Assembly: GCA_943354835.1 (NCBI GenBank)
Contig: CALRDH010000001.1
Span: forward strand, 255,298 to 319,297
Origin: a candidate division WWE3 bacterium
GTDB taxonomy: Bacteria > Patescibacteriota > WWE3 > 2-01-FULL-39-13
Length of the DNA stretch: 64,000 nt
Direction: 5' to 3'
The notes beneath the pieces were generated by a model that did no database searches, was not told the DNA's origin, and saw only the letters and a program-made list of their open reading frames with translations. Below are positions 28,008 through 37,527 of the stretch, piece by piece. Position 1 is the stretch's first letter, and each line of letters opens with the position of its first letter. Position numbers and translations under genes: made by a program.

Positions 28008-29216
28008 ATGACAACAACACAACCATTAAAAGGATTTAGAGATTTTTTGCCAGAGGAAGCATTAAAAAGGCAGTGGCTTAAGTCAAAAATTATCGAGGTT
28101 TTCGAGTCTTGGGGATATGATCCAATCGAGACTCCGACTTTGGAGCCTTTAAGTATTTTTGAGGGGCAAATTGGTGATGATGAAAAGCTCTTTTACAAGT
28201 TTAAAGATGCAGGGGATAGAGATGTTGCTTTAAGATATGATCAGTCGGTTCCAAGTGCTCGGTATGTTGCCGAAAACAAAGATAAGTTAGGGCTTCCATT
28301 TAGAAGATATCAAATCCAACCAGTTTTTAGAGCTGAAAAGCCTCAAAAGGGTAGATATAGGGAATTTATACAGTGCGACGCCGATATATTCGGCGTCGCC
28401 TCAGTCTTAGCCGACGCCGAGGTAATCGCCGTCGGCCTTGATGTGTACAGAAAGCTTGGTTTTAAAAATGCAAAAGTTTTAATAAATGACCGTGCACTGC
28501 TAAAGGAATTTCCATACGCTGCAATTTCCGCAATTGATAAACTCAAGAAAATTGGCGAAGAAGGCGTTATTTCCGAAATGGTTCGCCGTGGAATTCCAGA
28601 ATCAGAAGCTAAGTCGTATTTAGAAAAAATCCAGAACTTAAAACCAAATGATAATGTAAATTTCATTTTGGATTACTTATCTAGGCAGGGATTTGATAAA
28701 TCTTGGTATGAATTTGCTCCAACTATTGCAAGATCATTCTCGTATTCGAGCGGTCCAATTTGGGAGATTGTTATTACTGATTTAGAAAGCGGTTCTGTTT
28801 TAGGTGGCGAACGTTTTGACGGTCTTGTTGAATCGATATCTGGTACAAAAATAGAAGCTACTGGGTTTGGGCTTGGATTTGATAGAACTCTTGAGGCGGC
28901 AGAAGCCCTCGGCCTTGTCCCTGATTTAAAGACTAAAGTTCAAGTATTGGTGACAATATTTAATGAAGATCTGGTGAACAATTCAATAGAGATCTCTAAC
29001 ACACTTCGAGGTTTTGGTCTGAATGTGGAAACATATCCGAACCCAAAAGATAAGTTTGCTAAACAGATTAAATATGCACTTTCAAAAGGCATGAAATGGG
29101 CAGTTGTTTGTGGCCCAGACGAAGCCGAAAAGGGCGTAATCACAATTAAAAACCTGATTCTAAACGAACAAACTGAATGTGATATTAATTCTTCTCGCGA
29201 TTTGTTTTTTAAGTGA
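28008..29216 (+). CDS. hisS: Histidyl-tRNA synthetase
   Basis: N-terminal KGFRDFLPEE, class II motif 2 FRRYQIQPVFRAEKPQKGRYREF, motif 3 …GFGLGFDR, C-terminal anticodon-binding domain. Confidence 0.9.
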   Translation: MTTTQPLKGFRDFLPEEALKRQWLKSKIIEVFESWGYDPIETPTLEPLSIFEGQIGDDEKLFYKFKDAGDRDVALRYDQSVPSARYVAENKDKLGLPFRRYQIQPVFRAEKPQKGRYREFIQCDADIFGVASVLADAEVIAVGLDVYRKLGFKNAKVLINDRALLKEFPYAAISAIDKLKKIGEEGVISEMVRRGIPESEAKSYLEKIQNLKPNDNVNFILDYLSRQGFDKSWYEFAPTIARSFSYSSGPIWEIVITDLESGSVLGGERFDGLVESISGTKIEATGFGLGFDRTLEAAEALGLVPDLKTKVQVLVTIFNEDLVNNSIEISNTLRGFGLNVETYPNPKDKFAKQIKYALSKGMKWAVVCGPDEAEKGVITIKNLILNEQTECDINSSRDLFFK

Positions 29217-29228
29217 TACAATCGAAGT

Positions 29229-29519
29229 ATGAATACAAAAATTTCCCAAGAATCCCGGATCAACGCGGTTGTAAGTTATGTTTTCGTTTTTTCAGTTGTC
29301 CTTTATATAATCAATAAAGAAGACAAGTTCGTTCAGTTCCATTCAAGACAGGGGATTATTATCGCGATGATTATGTTAGTCGGATTTGTTCCAGTATTGG
29401 GAGTTCCATTCCTCTTGTTATCAGTTGTTTTATCAATCATAGGTGCATCGAAAGCATATATAGGGGAGGAATTCAAAATCCCATTTATATATAAGTATGC
29501 CCAGAAGATAGATTTTTAA
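29229..29519 (+). CDS. Small membrane protein, hypothetical
   Basis: 2-3 TM helices. Confidence 0.35.
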   Translation: MNTKISQESRINAVVSYVFVFSVVLYIINKEDKFVQFHSRQGIIIAMIMLVGFVPVLGVPFLLLSVVLSIIGASKAYIGEEFKIPFIYKYAQKIDF

Positions 29520-29520
29520 A

Positions 29521-29778
29521 ATGGAGTCAATTGCTCAGATTTTAGCTAATTTAAAATCTAATGATTCCGGTAAATATTTGGCTCACGAATGGCAATTGTA
29601 TGGATATCGTCTTGCCATGTGGCTTGAAGACGACAAACGAGTTTCAATGTATATGAAGCTTGCCAAAAATGAGAACAGAGATCTTTTGCAAAAGGCCTGG
29701 GATTTTGTTAAGGAATCAAAGGCGAGGTCTAAGCCTAGGCTTTTTTTATGGAAATTAACACAGCTTAAGAAAGTGTAG
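29521..29778 (+). CDS. Hypothetical small protein
   Basis: 85-aa ORF tightly packed with neighbours. Confidence 0.3.
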   Translation: MESIAQILANLKSNDSGKYLAHEWQLYGYRLAMWLEDDKRVSMYMKLAKNENRDLLQKAWDFVKESKARSKPRLFLWKLTQLKKV

Positions 29779-29795
29779 TATTATTTTATTAGGTT

Positions 29796-30341
29796 ATGAA
29801 TGTATTCTTGCAAAGATATAAAATCCCAATTTTAATTTCGCTTGTGTCTGGTTTGGCATTTATCGCTTTAACGCGTGAGTCGAATTGGCTTAATGCTATA
29901 TTTGCATTTTTAGGTGCTTTGTTTGGAATGATTTTGATTGATTCAGAATCTGTAATTTACGCCTATATATTAGATGGAGCTTCTGAAAGGGGAAAGAAAA
30001 TTAAATCCCTTGTTAAAAAATTTGATATTAAAGGTTTTGCCCAATACCTTGAAGAGTATGATTACACATTTGGTGAATCTTCAATAAAAAGTGTATTTTT
30101 TCAACTCATATTATTTGTATTTTCTTTATACGTTATAACAACAGGGTCAATAGTTTTTGTGCAAACATTAACATTGTCTATGTTCGCAAACTTGCTTTAC
30201 TCACAACATATCGAACTTCAAAAAACGTCTACATTGAAAAGATGGTTTTGGTTTAATGACGGAAAAATTTCCGGAAAATTTTTCTCTGGGTATCTAGTTT
30301 TAGTATTATTGTTAGTTATATTTCAATATACTTTTTTGTAA
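29796..30341 (+). CDS. Membrane protein, hypothetical
   Basis: Four predicted TM helices. Confidence 0.35.
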   Translation: MNVFLQRYKIPILISLVSGLAFIALTRESNWLNAIFAFLGALFGMILIDSESVIYAYILDGASERGKKIKSLVKKFDIKGFAQYLEEYDYTFGESSIKSVFFQLILFVFSLYVITTGSIVFVQTLTLSMFANLLYSQHIELQKTSTLKRWFWFNDGKISGKFFSGYLVLVLLLVIFQYTFL

Positions 30342-30380
30342 GTAGGCAACGAGTGTACAGAGTGTTAGAATCGAATTAAT

Positions 30381-30815
30381 ATGGAAGAAAATCTGCCGAG
30401 AGAAGAAAACACAGAAATCACAGGACTATTTGGAGTTCAGGAACAAGCTTCAGGACAGGGTGGAGATGGTTTTAAAGAAAACGAAGTCTCCCTAAAACCT
30501 CAAATACATGGAGGTCAGGGAGAAACTTTAGATAGCGAGGTCGAAAGCTTATTACAAACTGCTGCGCTTGCCGCCGAAAGAACTCCGGATGAACCTACTG
30601 ATAGAGAAGCAGAAGTTAAGCTCACTGAACTTCTAAAAAAAGATGGTGATAATGGGACACAAGAGGTAGCTGGATCTTCAACAGCTTTCACCGCCATCTC
30701 AGCTTTTGTTGCTGGACTTGCTGTTGTTGGCGTAGTTTATGCATTTGCAGTCCAGGGAACTCTTGATCAATATAAATCTGTTGTTTTGGGCGATAGCATT
30801 GAATCTTCTAAGTAA
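30381..30815 (+). CDS. Acidic protein with C-terminal TM anchor, hypothetical
   Basis: E/D/G-rich N-terminus with hydrophobic C-terminal segment. Confidence 0.35.
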   Translation: MEENLPREENTEITGLFGVQEQASGQGGDGFKENEVSLKPQIHGGQGETLDSEVESLLQTAALAAERTPDEPTDREAEVKLTELLKKDGDNGTQEVAGSSTAFTAISAFVAGLAVVGVVYAFAVQGTLDQYKSVVLGDSIESSK

Positions 30816-30840
30816 GATCGTTTGTAATTTCGATTAAAAT

Positions 30841-31809
30841 ATGAATTCTAAATTACCAAGTGTGCATTGTATCGGACATGTAACTCTTGATACTTTTTTG
30901 GAGCTATATGAAGCCGAAGTTGACTGTGATATTAATAGCAAGGAATGTAAGGTTAGTTTTGGATTTGGGGCTAAAGTACCAGTGAAAAATGTTAGGTATG
31001 GCGTAGGTGGAGGGGCTTCAAATGTTTCTGTCGGTCTCAAAAAGCTTGGTATTCAAACTTATTTACATACAACTGTAGGAGATGATCCAAAAGGTGTTGA
31101 TATCAAAAATGAACTTGGTCAACTTGGCGTTGATCTTACATATTTGAAAGTTGATGGTTTTCCTACAGACCAGTCAGCAATACTTTCTTACTTTAGAGAA
31201 AGAACTATATTTACGTATTCTCAAAAGCGAAAAGTAACCTTTGATGTTAATTCCGCTGAATATATATTCTTGTCTTCAATAGGTGGAGAAGTTGCCGAAA
31301 TCTATTCTCAAGTTATTAAACTAAAAAAGAAGAGTCCTTCGCCGGTATTGTTTTTTAATCCGGGATCAAAAGAATTAAAAAATTCAAGAGATGAAATTTT
31401 AAACGTATTAGAATATGCCGATTATTTGATTTGTAACGTTGAGGAAGCCTTGATGATAGTTGATCCGACGCTTACTCGTTCGCAAATCGAAATGCCAGAC
31501 TTGCTTGATATCTTGATACAAAAAGGTGCTGACAATGTAGTTTTAACTGATGGAGTGAATGGTTCTCATGCTTTAATTGATGGCCAATTTTACACAATTC
31601 CTATTCATCAAGTTGAGGTTACAGAAAAAACTGGGGCAGGAGACGCTTTTGCTTCTGGATTTATTAGCGGCGTGGTTCATGGAATTCCAGCTTTAGATTC
31701 TTTAAAAAGGGGAGCTGTCAACGGAGCAAGTGTAATTACAAAGTCTGGTGCTCAAAACGGTTTGCTTGATCTTTCCGAAATGGAGCTAAAGGTCAGAACT
31801 TGGTACTGA
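30841..31809 (+). CDS. PfkB/ribokinase-family carbohydrate kinase
   Basis: GGGASNVSVGL N-terminal motif and PfkB signature TGAGDAFASGF. Confidence 0.8.
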   Translation: MNSKLPSVHCIGHVTLDTFLELYEAEVDCDINSKECKVSFGFGAKVPVKNVRYGVGGGASNVSVGLKKLGIQTYLHTTVGDDPKGVDIKNELGQLGVDLTYLKVDGFPTDQSAILSYFRERTIFTYSQKRKVTFDVNSAEYIFLSSIGGEVAEIYSQVIKLKKKSPSPVLFFNPGSKELKNSRDEILNVLEYADYLICNVEEALMIVDPTLTRSQIEMPDLLDILIQKGADNVVLTDGVNGSHALIDGQFYTIPIHQVEVTEKTGAGDAFASGFISGVVHGIPALDSLKRGAVNGASVITKSGAQNGLLDLSEMELKVRTWY

Positions 31810-32952
31810 TTTTCCAAGCATCGTTAATGTGAATAGTGGAACTAGCCCTAGACCTATTAACATAACTCTAATTAATGTTTCGTCTTTTATATTTATTCCC
31901 AGAATAATAAGCAAAATTAAAGGTATCAGTCTTGCAATAGAAGTTACTAAATCTATTAGAAATTGATACTCGGAAAAAAGGGAAGTCTCATTTTTATCTT
32001 GCGCCATGAGCTTGTCTATTGATCCGTAATAACCGGCATCCTTAATTACAAACATTAATGTTTTTGCAATCAAGAAAATCGCAAGTATATAAAAATTATA
32101 TCTGGCAATGAAAAAAAGGCTTGCAGATGCGTATAATAGAGCGCCTATTGCGTAAAGTGATTTTGAGTTAGTATCGTTTATTATTTGCTCAATCATCAAA
32201 CTTGCAAATATTGAAATTAGAACTAATGCTGTGTTCAATATGCTCCAATTTAGTATGGATCCAACAAAAACCAATATGATTATCGGAAGGATTGTCAGAG
32301 TGACACCCTCTGACAATCCTTCCATGAACACACCCTTTATTAATGTTGCTTTATTAGGGTTTGTGCCTGGAATTGTTAGTATCTCTTTAAGATTGAAATC
32401 AGTTGATTTGTTTTGAACTTGTACAAGAGATGTTAATAGAGATTCGGCGACTAAGAGCAATACAGAAATTTGGAATATTACTGTATATCCGGTTGTTCCG
32501 GTTCCGATTAGTAGGGCACATGATAATGGTATGAATAGTCTTAATAATTCGTTTTGTATTGATCTTTCAGTGTAATATTTTGCCTCATTTGTATGAGATC
32601 TTGTTTGATCTGCGATATCTCGAATAGCAATGTTTTTGAATCCTTCTCCAAGTCCACCAATTATCCCAATTAATATAAGTAGGAATGTATCAAGTGATGA
32701 TGCGAGTACAATAATAAGAATAATTTGGGCGACCTGCATCCAGATTCCAGATAACATAGAAATTTTAGGGGCAATTGCATTTGACAAGGCGCCTCCGATT
32801 AATGACGCAAGTGGAATTGCTGCAAAATATGCAACGCTGAAAATCAAGATAGGGTATAAGTTTTCTGCAGTCTCCCACAAAAATAGGGCTAGGAATGTTT
32901 TTAAAATTATGTCCGATGCGCTTGATAGTAAATCAATGTATTTCCAAAGCAT
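31786..32952 (-). CDS. Polytopic membrane protein (transporter-like, ~10-12 TM)
   Basis: Hydrophobicity pattern only. Confidence 0.4.
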   Translation of the reverse strand: MLWKYIDLLSSASDIILKTFLALFLWETAENLYPILIFSVAYFAAIPLASLIGGALSNAIAPKISMLSGIWMQVAQIILIIVLASSLDTFLLILIGIIGGLGEGFKNIAIRDIADQTRSHTNEAKYYTERSIQNELLRLFIPLSCALLIGTGTTGYTVIFQISVLLLVAESLLTSLVQVQNKSTDFNLKEILTIPGTNPNKATLIKGVFMEGLSEGVTLTILPIIILVFVGSILNWSILNTALVLISIFASLMIEQIINDTNSKSLYAIGALLYASASLFFIARYNFYILAIFLIAKTLMFVIKDAGYYGSIDKLMAQDKNETSLFSEYQFLIDLVTSIARLIPLILLIILGINIKDETLIRVMLIGLGLVPLFTLTMLGKSVPSSDL

Positions 32953-33253
32953 TAATAATTAGTATATTGTAAAAAAACTTGGTTGACTATCCTTCCTCGT
33001 AAACAGTAAATTACGACATTGCGTACATGGCTTCTGATTTGGTTGCGTTCGTGCCCAAGGTTTGTGGTTTTTAGTTTTATTTATTTTTTGTAGGGACTTG
33101 AATTGCAAAAATTAAGCAGGGAAGCCGATTTTTGAAAAAAGTCCTCCCCCGGGGCCTCCCCCGATTTCATTAAAAGTTCATGAACTATGACTCCCCTAGC
33201 GTTTTTCAATATATGACATTTGGAATAGGTAGCCTAGATGTTATGATTTAGTA

Positions 33254-33646
33254 ATGAAAATGATTGAAAAGCTCGCCTTTTGGCTAAGTATCTTAGGAGC
33301 CTTGATCTCGGTGTACTTATTACAAAGTAAAATTTTAGGTTCGGGCATATTGTGTGGAGTTTCATCGTGTGGGGTTGTTAATAATAGTCAGTATTCACAA
33401 CTATTTGGTATTCCTGTTTCTGCGTTTGGTTTGGCTTTTTATATAGGCATGGCCTGTGTATTAACTTTTGGATATAAACGACTTTTTTTGATTGGCTCAA
33501 TTGCTGGCGTTTTATTTTCTGCTTATTTAACTTATATAGAGGCATTTGTTATACATGCATGGTGCCAATGGTGTATTATGTCCGCTTGGATATCATTTAG
33601 CTTGTTTGCTTGTGCATTATCGAGATTCAAATCAAAATGGAATTGA
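33254..33646 (+). CDS. Vitamin K epoxide reductase (VKOR) family thiol oxidoreductase
   Basis: Loop cysteines CGVSSCGVV, SQYSQLFGIPVSAFGLAFY, TM4 CQWC redox motif. Confidence 0.65.
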   Translation: MKMIEKLAFWLSILGALISVYLLQSKILGSGILCGVSSCGVVNNSQYSQLFGIPVSAFGLAFYIGMACVLTFGYKRLFLIGSIAGVLFSAYLTYIEAFVIHAWCQWCIMSAWISFSLFACALSRFKSKWN

Positions 33647-34371
33647 TATATATTTTACTTTCAACAATAACAATCAGCCTGTTTTCATTGATTGGAGTTT
33701 TCTTTATATCTATAAAGGAATCAATAATTCACAAAATCCTATTGTCGCTTGTAGCGTTTTCCACTGGGACGATGCTTGGAGGCGCGTTTTTGCATTTACT
33801 GCCTGAAGCTATAAATGAGCTTGGTGCAGATTCCGCTTTGAAGTTTGCGCTTGGGTCATTTATTGGGTTTTTCCTTATCGAAAAGTTAATTCATTGGAGG
33901 CATTGCCATGATGAGACTTGTGGCGTTCATTCATTCGGATACGTAAATCTATTTGGAGATGCAATACATAACTTTATTGATGGGATGATAATTGCTTCTG
34001 CCTTCTTAGTAAATGTTCCGCTTGGAATTGCGACAACTTTTGCTTTGGCTTTGCACGAAATTCCTCAAGAGATCGGAGATTTTGGTGTTTTGTTACATGC
34101 AGGGTTTTCAAGAAAGCAGGCATTGATGTCTAATTTTTTTGTTGCGTTAACTTCTGTTTTCGGAGGTATTGTTGGTTACTTTATTTCTACAAGTATTGAT
34201 TTTATAGTCCCCTATTTTGTTGCTATCGCTGCTGGAGGATTCCTGTACATTGCGACGTCGGATTTAATGCCAGAATTAATTAAAGAAGTAGCACCTAAAA
34301 AATCAATAAGATCATTTCTGCTTTTTATTGCAGGAGTAGGTGTTATATATCTATTTTCAGTGTTTGAATAA
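33637..34371 (+). CDS. zupT: ZIP-family metal (zinc) transporter
   Basis: ZIP signature ALALHEIPQEIGDFGVLLHAG and His-rich loop. Start chosen at ATG 33637. Confidence 0.8.
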   Translation: MELIYILLSTITISLFSLIGVFFISIKESIIHKILLSLVAFSTGTMLGGAFLHLLPEAINELGADSALKFALGSFIGFFLIEKLIHWRHCHDETCGVHSFGYVNLFGDAIHNFIDGMIIASAFLVNVPLGIATTFALALHEIPQEIGDFGVLLHAGFSRKQALMSNFFVALTSVFGGIVGYFISTSIDFIVPYFVAIAAGGFLYIATSDLMPELIKEVAPKKSIRSFLLFIAGVGVIYLFSVFE

Positions 34372-34376
34372 ACATT

Positions 34377-34452
34377 TGGTCGGGGTGCCCGGACTTGAAC
34401 CGGGGACCTCACAGTCCCGAACCGTGCGCGCTACCAACTGCGCCACACCCCG
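34377..34452 (-). tRNA. tRNA-Pro (anticodon CGG)
   Basis: Cloverleaf folded manually on reverse complement: acceptor CGGGGUG/CACCCCG, anticodon loop UUCGGGA, T-loop UUCAAGU, encoded CCA. Confidence 0.8.
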
Positions 34453-34539
34453 AAGCGAAGCGAGGGGTGCAAGCTTTGCTTCCACCCCGTAATAACTTCC
34501 ACATTGCAAATTGAACTCTCACCATAATATACTACCAAC

Positions 34540-35247
34540 ATGGATTCAGACAAATTAATTTTTTCAATAATTGGCGGTATAACAATATTGATTTTGGTCT
34601 TTATATTAGGTAGTTCCTTTTTAAAACAGCCAGTTGAGATAAATGATGTAGCTTTTATCTCTGGCGGTTCGTCGTCTGATGGGTCATTTTTACTAGACGA
34701 TGTTAGTAGTCACAGAATAGGCCCAGAATATCCTAAACTTATTTTAGTAGAATTTAGTGATTATCAATGTCCGTCATGTAAATTATATGAGCCGATTGTT
34801 AAGTCTTTGCTCGAAAAGTATCCAAATGATTTAAGTTTAGTGTATAGACATTTCCCACTTCCAGTTCACAACATGGCGATTCCTGCTGCAAGAGCGTCGG
34901 AAGCTGCAGCTTTGCAAGGTAAGTTTTGGGAGTATTCATCGATATTATTTGAGCGTCAACCAAGTTTTTCCAATGATGAATTAATAAGCTATGCAAGTGA
35001 ACTCGGGCTTGATATGGAGCAGTTCAAAAGCGATTTTAATAGCCAAGAGGTAGCGACTATCGTAAATAGTGATTATCAAACCGCGACAGATTTAAATCTT
35101 CCAGGAACCCCGACTTTCTTTTTAATAAATGGTGATAAGGTAGAGCAATTGAATTTGCAAAATGACGGGGATTTGGAAAGTAAAATCGCCGAAATTCTTG
35201 GCCCGGGAATTTCTGAGCCAGCAGTCGAGACTTCTATTCCGGAGTAA
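34540..35247 (+). CDS. Membrane-anchored DsbA-like thioredoxin-fold protein (thiol:disulfide oxidoreductase)
   Basis: N-terminal TM, CPSC active site (EFSDYQCPSCKLYEP), DsbA-like helical insert. Confidence 0.75.
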   Translation: MDSDKLIFSIIGGITILILVFILGSSFLKQPVEINDVAFISGGSSSDGSFLLDDVSSHRIGPEYPKLILVEFSDYQCPSCKLYEPIVKSLLEKYPNDLSLVYRHFPLPVHNMAIPAARASEAAALQGKFWEYSSILFERQPSFSNDELISYASELGLDMEQFKSDFNSQEVATIVNSDYQTATDLNLPGTPTFFLINGDKVEQLNLQNDGDLESKIAEILGPGISEPAVETSIPE

Positions 35248-35866
35248 ACGCCGAAGGGCATATTTTATTTAATATACATTCTTTGCAATTTGGCTTTTTT
35301 GCTTTGCAAACATATCTTCCGTGAAGGACAATCGATTGTGAGAAAAATCGCCATTCGTTTTGTGGAATCCTTGACATTAACTCTTTTTCTATCTTTTCCG
35401 CATTTGTTTGATTTTCCACAAGTTTTAGTCGATTCGAAACACGAGTTACATGAGTGTCTACAACAATTCCTTGTGATATTCCCATTGTCTCTTGCAGAAT
35501 AACGTTAGCGCTTTTTCTTCCTATACCTGGGATTTTTATTAGTTCATCTATTGATTTTGGAATCTCTCCATTTAATGATTCTTTAATATATTTGTTTGCA
35601 TCAATAATCCTTGTTGCTTTCGTTTTGTAGTAGTTAATTGATGAAACAAGTTTTTCCATCTCGTTTATGTCTGCATTTGCAAAATCGTCGACAGAGCTGT
35701 ATTTTTCGAATAAGTTTTTTGAGATTTTATTAACCTGTTTATCTGTCGCTTGAGCGCTTAGGATGACAGAAGCTATGAATTGTGGCGTAGTCATCCAGTT
35801 ATCAAGCTCTGTTTTAGGGTTTGTATATTCTTTGTGAAGAAGTTTTAACAAGATTTCTATTTCCAT
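35234..35866 (-). CDS. nth: Endonuclease III (DNA glycosylase/AP lyase)
   Basis: HhH-GPD (LIKIPGIGRKSANVIL…D) and [4Fe-4S] loop C-x6-C-x2-C-x5-C (CKAKKPNCKECILNKIC). Confidence 0.85.
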   Translation of the reverse strand: MEIEILLKLLHKEYTNPKTELDNWMTTPQFIASVILSAQATDKQVNKISKNLFEKYSSVDDFANADINEMEKLVSSINYYKTKATRIIDANKYIKESLNGEIPKSIDELIKIPGIGRKSANVILQETMGISQGIVVDTHVTRVSNRLKLVENQTNAEKIEKELMSRIPQNEWRFFSQSIVLHGRYVCKAKKPNCKECILNKICPSAFTPE

Positions 35867-35905
35867 TTATTGATTGTAACACTGTCAGTTCGATATACTG
35901 AATTT

Positions 35906-36487
35906 ATGAAAATTTATTTTTTAGGAGCCATTTCAGGACTAAGTACGTACAGAAAGAATTATGAAAAAGAAGTACGAATTCTTGAGAAAATGGGACATCA
36001 TGTTCTTTCGGATCATGTTTTGGATGTAGATCACAATCGGCCCGATACTTTTGTTGTAAACAGTGATAAAGAGTACTTTGAGTATATGATCGGAAGAATA
36101 AGATCATCTGATATTGTTGTCGCTGATATCTCGCATCCGACGGCAAATATTGGCTACGAAATTTCATATGCACTAAGTAACAATATACCTGTTTTAGCTT
36201 TGTATTCTGAAAGTAAGGGCCGAAAAGTTTTCCCATTATTAGTTGGGAATCAAAGCGATCTTTTATGTTTGCGCGAATATGATAATAAGAATATTTCAAA
36301 CATACTAAAAGAAGAAATGGGAAAGCTCGAAGATTCCGCTTGTATCAAATTCACAATAATGATAAACCCGCAGATAGCATCTTATTTAGATTGGATTTCG
36401 GAGAAGAATAAGCTGACAAGATCAGCTTTTATAAAAAAATTAATTGAGGATTATATGATGTCCGATAAATCATATAAAAAAAAGTAG
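35906..36487 (+). CDS. Hypothetical protein: nucleoside 2-deoxyribosyltransferase/Rcl-like Rossmann domain plus C-terminal ribbon-helix-helix-like tail
   Basis: MKIYFLGAISG… N-terminus resembles the PF05014 family (weak). C-terminal …LTRSAFIKKLIEDYM is RHH-like. ORF-track start 35870 is TTG. Confidence 0.3.
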   Translation: MKIYFLGAISGLSTYRKNYEKEVRILEKMGHHVLSDHVLDVDHNRPDTFVVNSDKEYFEYMIGRIRSSDIVVADISHPTANIGYEISYALSNNIPVLALYSESKGRKVFPLLVGNQSDLLCLREYDNKNISNILKEEMGKLEDSACIKFTIMINPQIASYLDWISEKNKLTRSAFIKKLIEDYMMSDKSYKKK

Positions 36488-36508
36488 ATCTCGTGATATT
36501 CTAACTTT

Positions 36509-37525
36509 ATGAATATGAAAAAAGTTGTATTTTTTGAAACAAAACCTTGGGAAGTTGATTATGTTAATGGTTCGCTTAAAGACTTTGAGGTTGAATTTTG
36601 TGAAGAAAAACTTACAGCAGAAAATGTCGAAAAATATGCTGATGCAGAAGTCATTTCGAGCTTTATCGGTTCAACTTTTACATCTGAAGTTTTAAGCAAA
36701 CTTAAAAGCCTTAAAATGATTGCTACAAGGTCAACGGGATATGATCATATTGATTTGGATTACTGTAAGAATAGCAATATTTTAGTTTCAAATGTTCCAA
36801 GTTATGGAGAAAATACCGTTGCAGAACATGCTATGGCATTACTTTTGTCGTTATCAAGAAGAATTCCTGAATCTATAGACAGGGTTCGTGCAAATAGCTT
36901 TATACCAGAAGGACTAACAGGAAGAGATTTAAAAGGTAAAGTTATGGGAGTTTTAGGTACGGGTCATATCGGTAAAAATATGATTGCGTATTCACTCGCT
37001 TTTGGCATGAAGGTTTTGGCGTATGACCTTTATCCTGATGAAAAGTTTGCTTCAGAAGCAGGTTTCTCATATGCAGAGCTTGATTATTTGTTTGCTAAAG
37101 CTGATGTAATTTCACTTCACCTTCCTTACACTAAAGAAACTCACCACGTTATAAATAAGGAAGCTATTTCTAAAATGAAAAAAGATGTTGTAATCATCAA
37201 TACTGCTCGTGGGGGTTTGATCGAAACTGACGCTTTATTTGATGGCTTAAGTAGCGGAAAAGTTGGTGGTGCCGGTCTTGATGTCTTAGAAGAAGAGAAG
37301 TTCTTATCTGAAGAAGTAGTGCTTTTGCATATGGATAATCACGGAGAGGTGAATTTTAAAGTGGCTCTTGAGAATCATATGATGGCTCATTTGCCCAATG
37401 TTATAATTACTCCACATAATGCGTTTAATTCCAAAGAGGCTTTGGAAAGAATTATTACTACTACCATTGATAATGTTAAGTGCTATTTCGGTGGTTCCTG
37501 CAAAAATTTAGTCGCACATCAATAA
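36509..37525 (+). CDS. D-isomer-specific 2-hydroxyacid dehydrogenase (D-lactate/phosphoglycerate dehydrogenase family)
   Basis: NAD-binding GVLGTGHIGKNM, catalytic region IINTARGGLI…H. Confidence 0.8.
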   Translation: MNMKKVVFFETKPWEVDYVNGSLKDFEVEFCEEKLTAENVEKYADAEVISSFIGSTFTSEVLSKLKSLKMIATRSTGYDHIDLDYCKNSNILVSNVPSYGENTVAEHAMALLLSLSRRIPESIDRVRANSFIPEGLTGRDLKGKVMGVLGTGHIGKNMIAYSLAFGMKVLAYDLYPDEKFASEAGFSYAELDYLFAKADVISLHLPYTKETHHVINKEAISKMKKDVVIINTARGGLIETDALFDGLSSGKVGGAGLDVLEEEKFLSEEVVLLHMDNHGEVNFKVALENHMMAHLPNVIITPHNAFNSKEALERIITTTIDNVKCYFGGSCKNLVAHQ

Positions 37526-37527
37526 AT

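Noticed and set aside
28343-29263. ORFs 28343-28666 and 28940-29263 antisense to hisS
   Set aside because: They are embedded antisense in a conserved aaRS gene with no motif support.
35904-36299. 131-aa ORF antisense to the 35906-36487 gene
   Set aside because: The sense ORF has a better start context and domain-like features. The antisense ORF is likely spurious.
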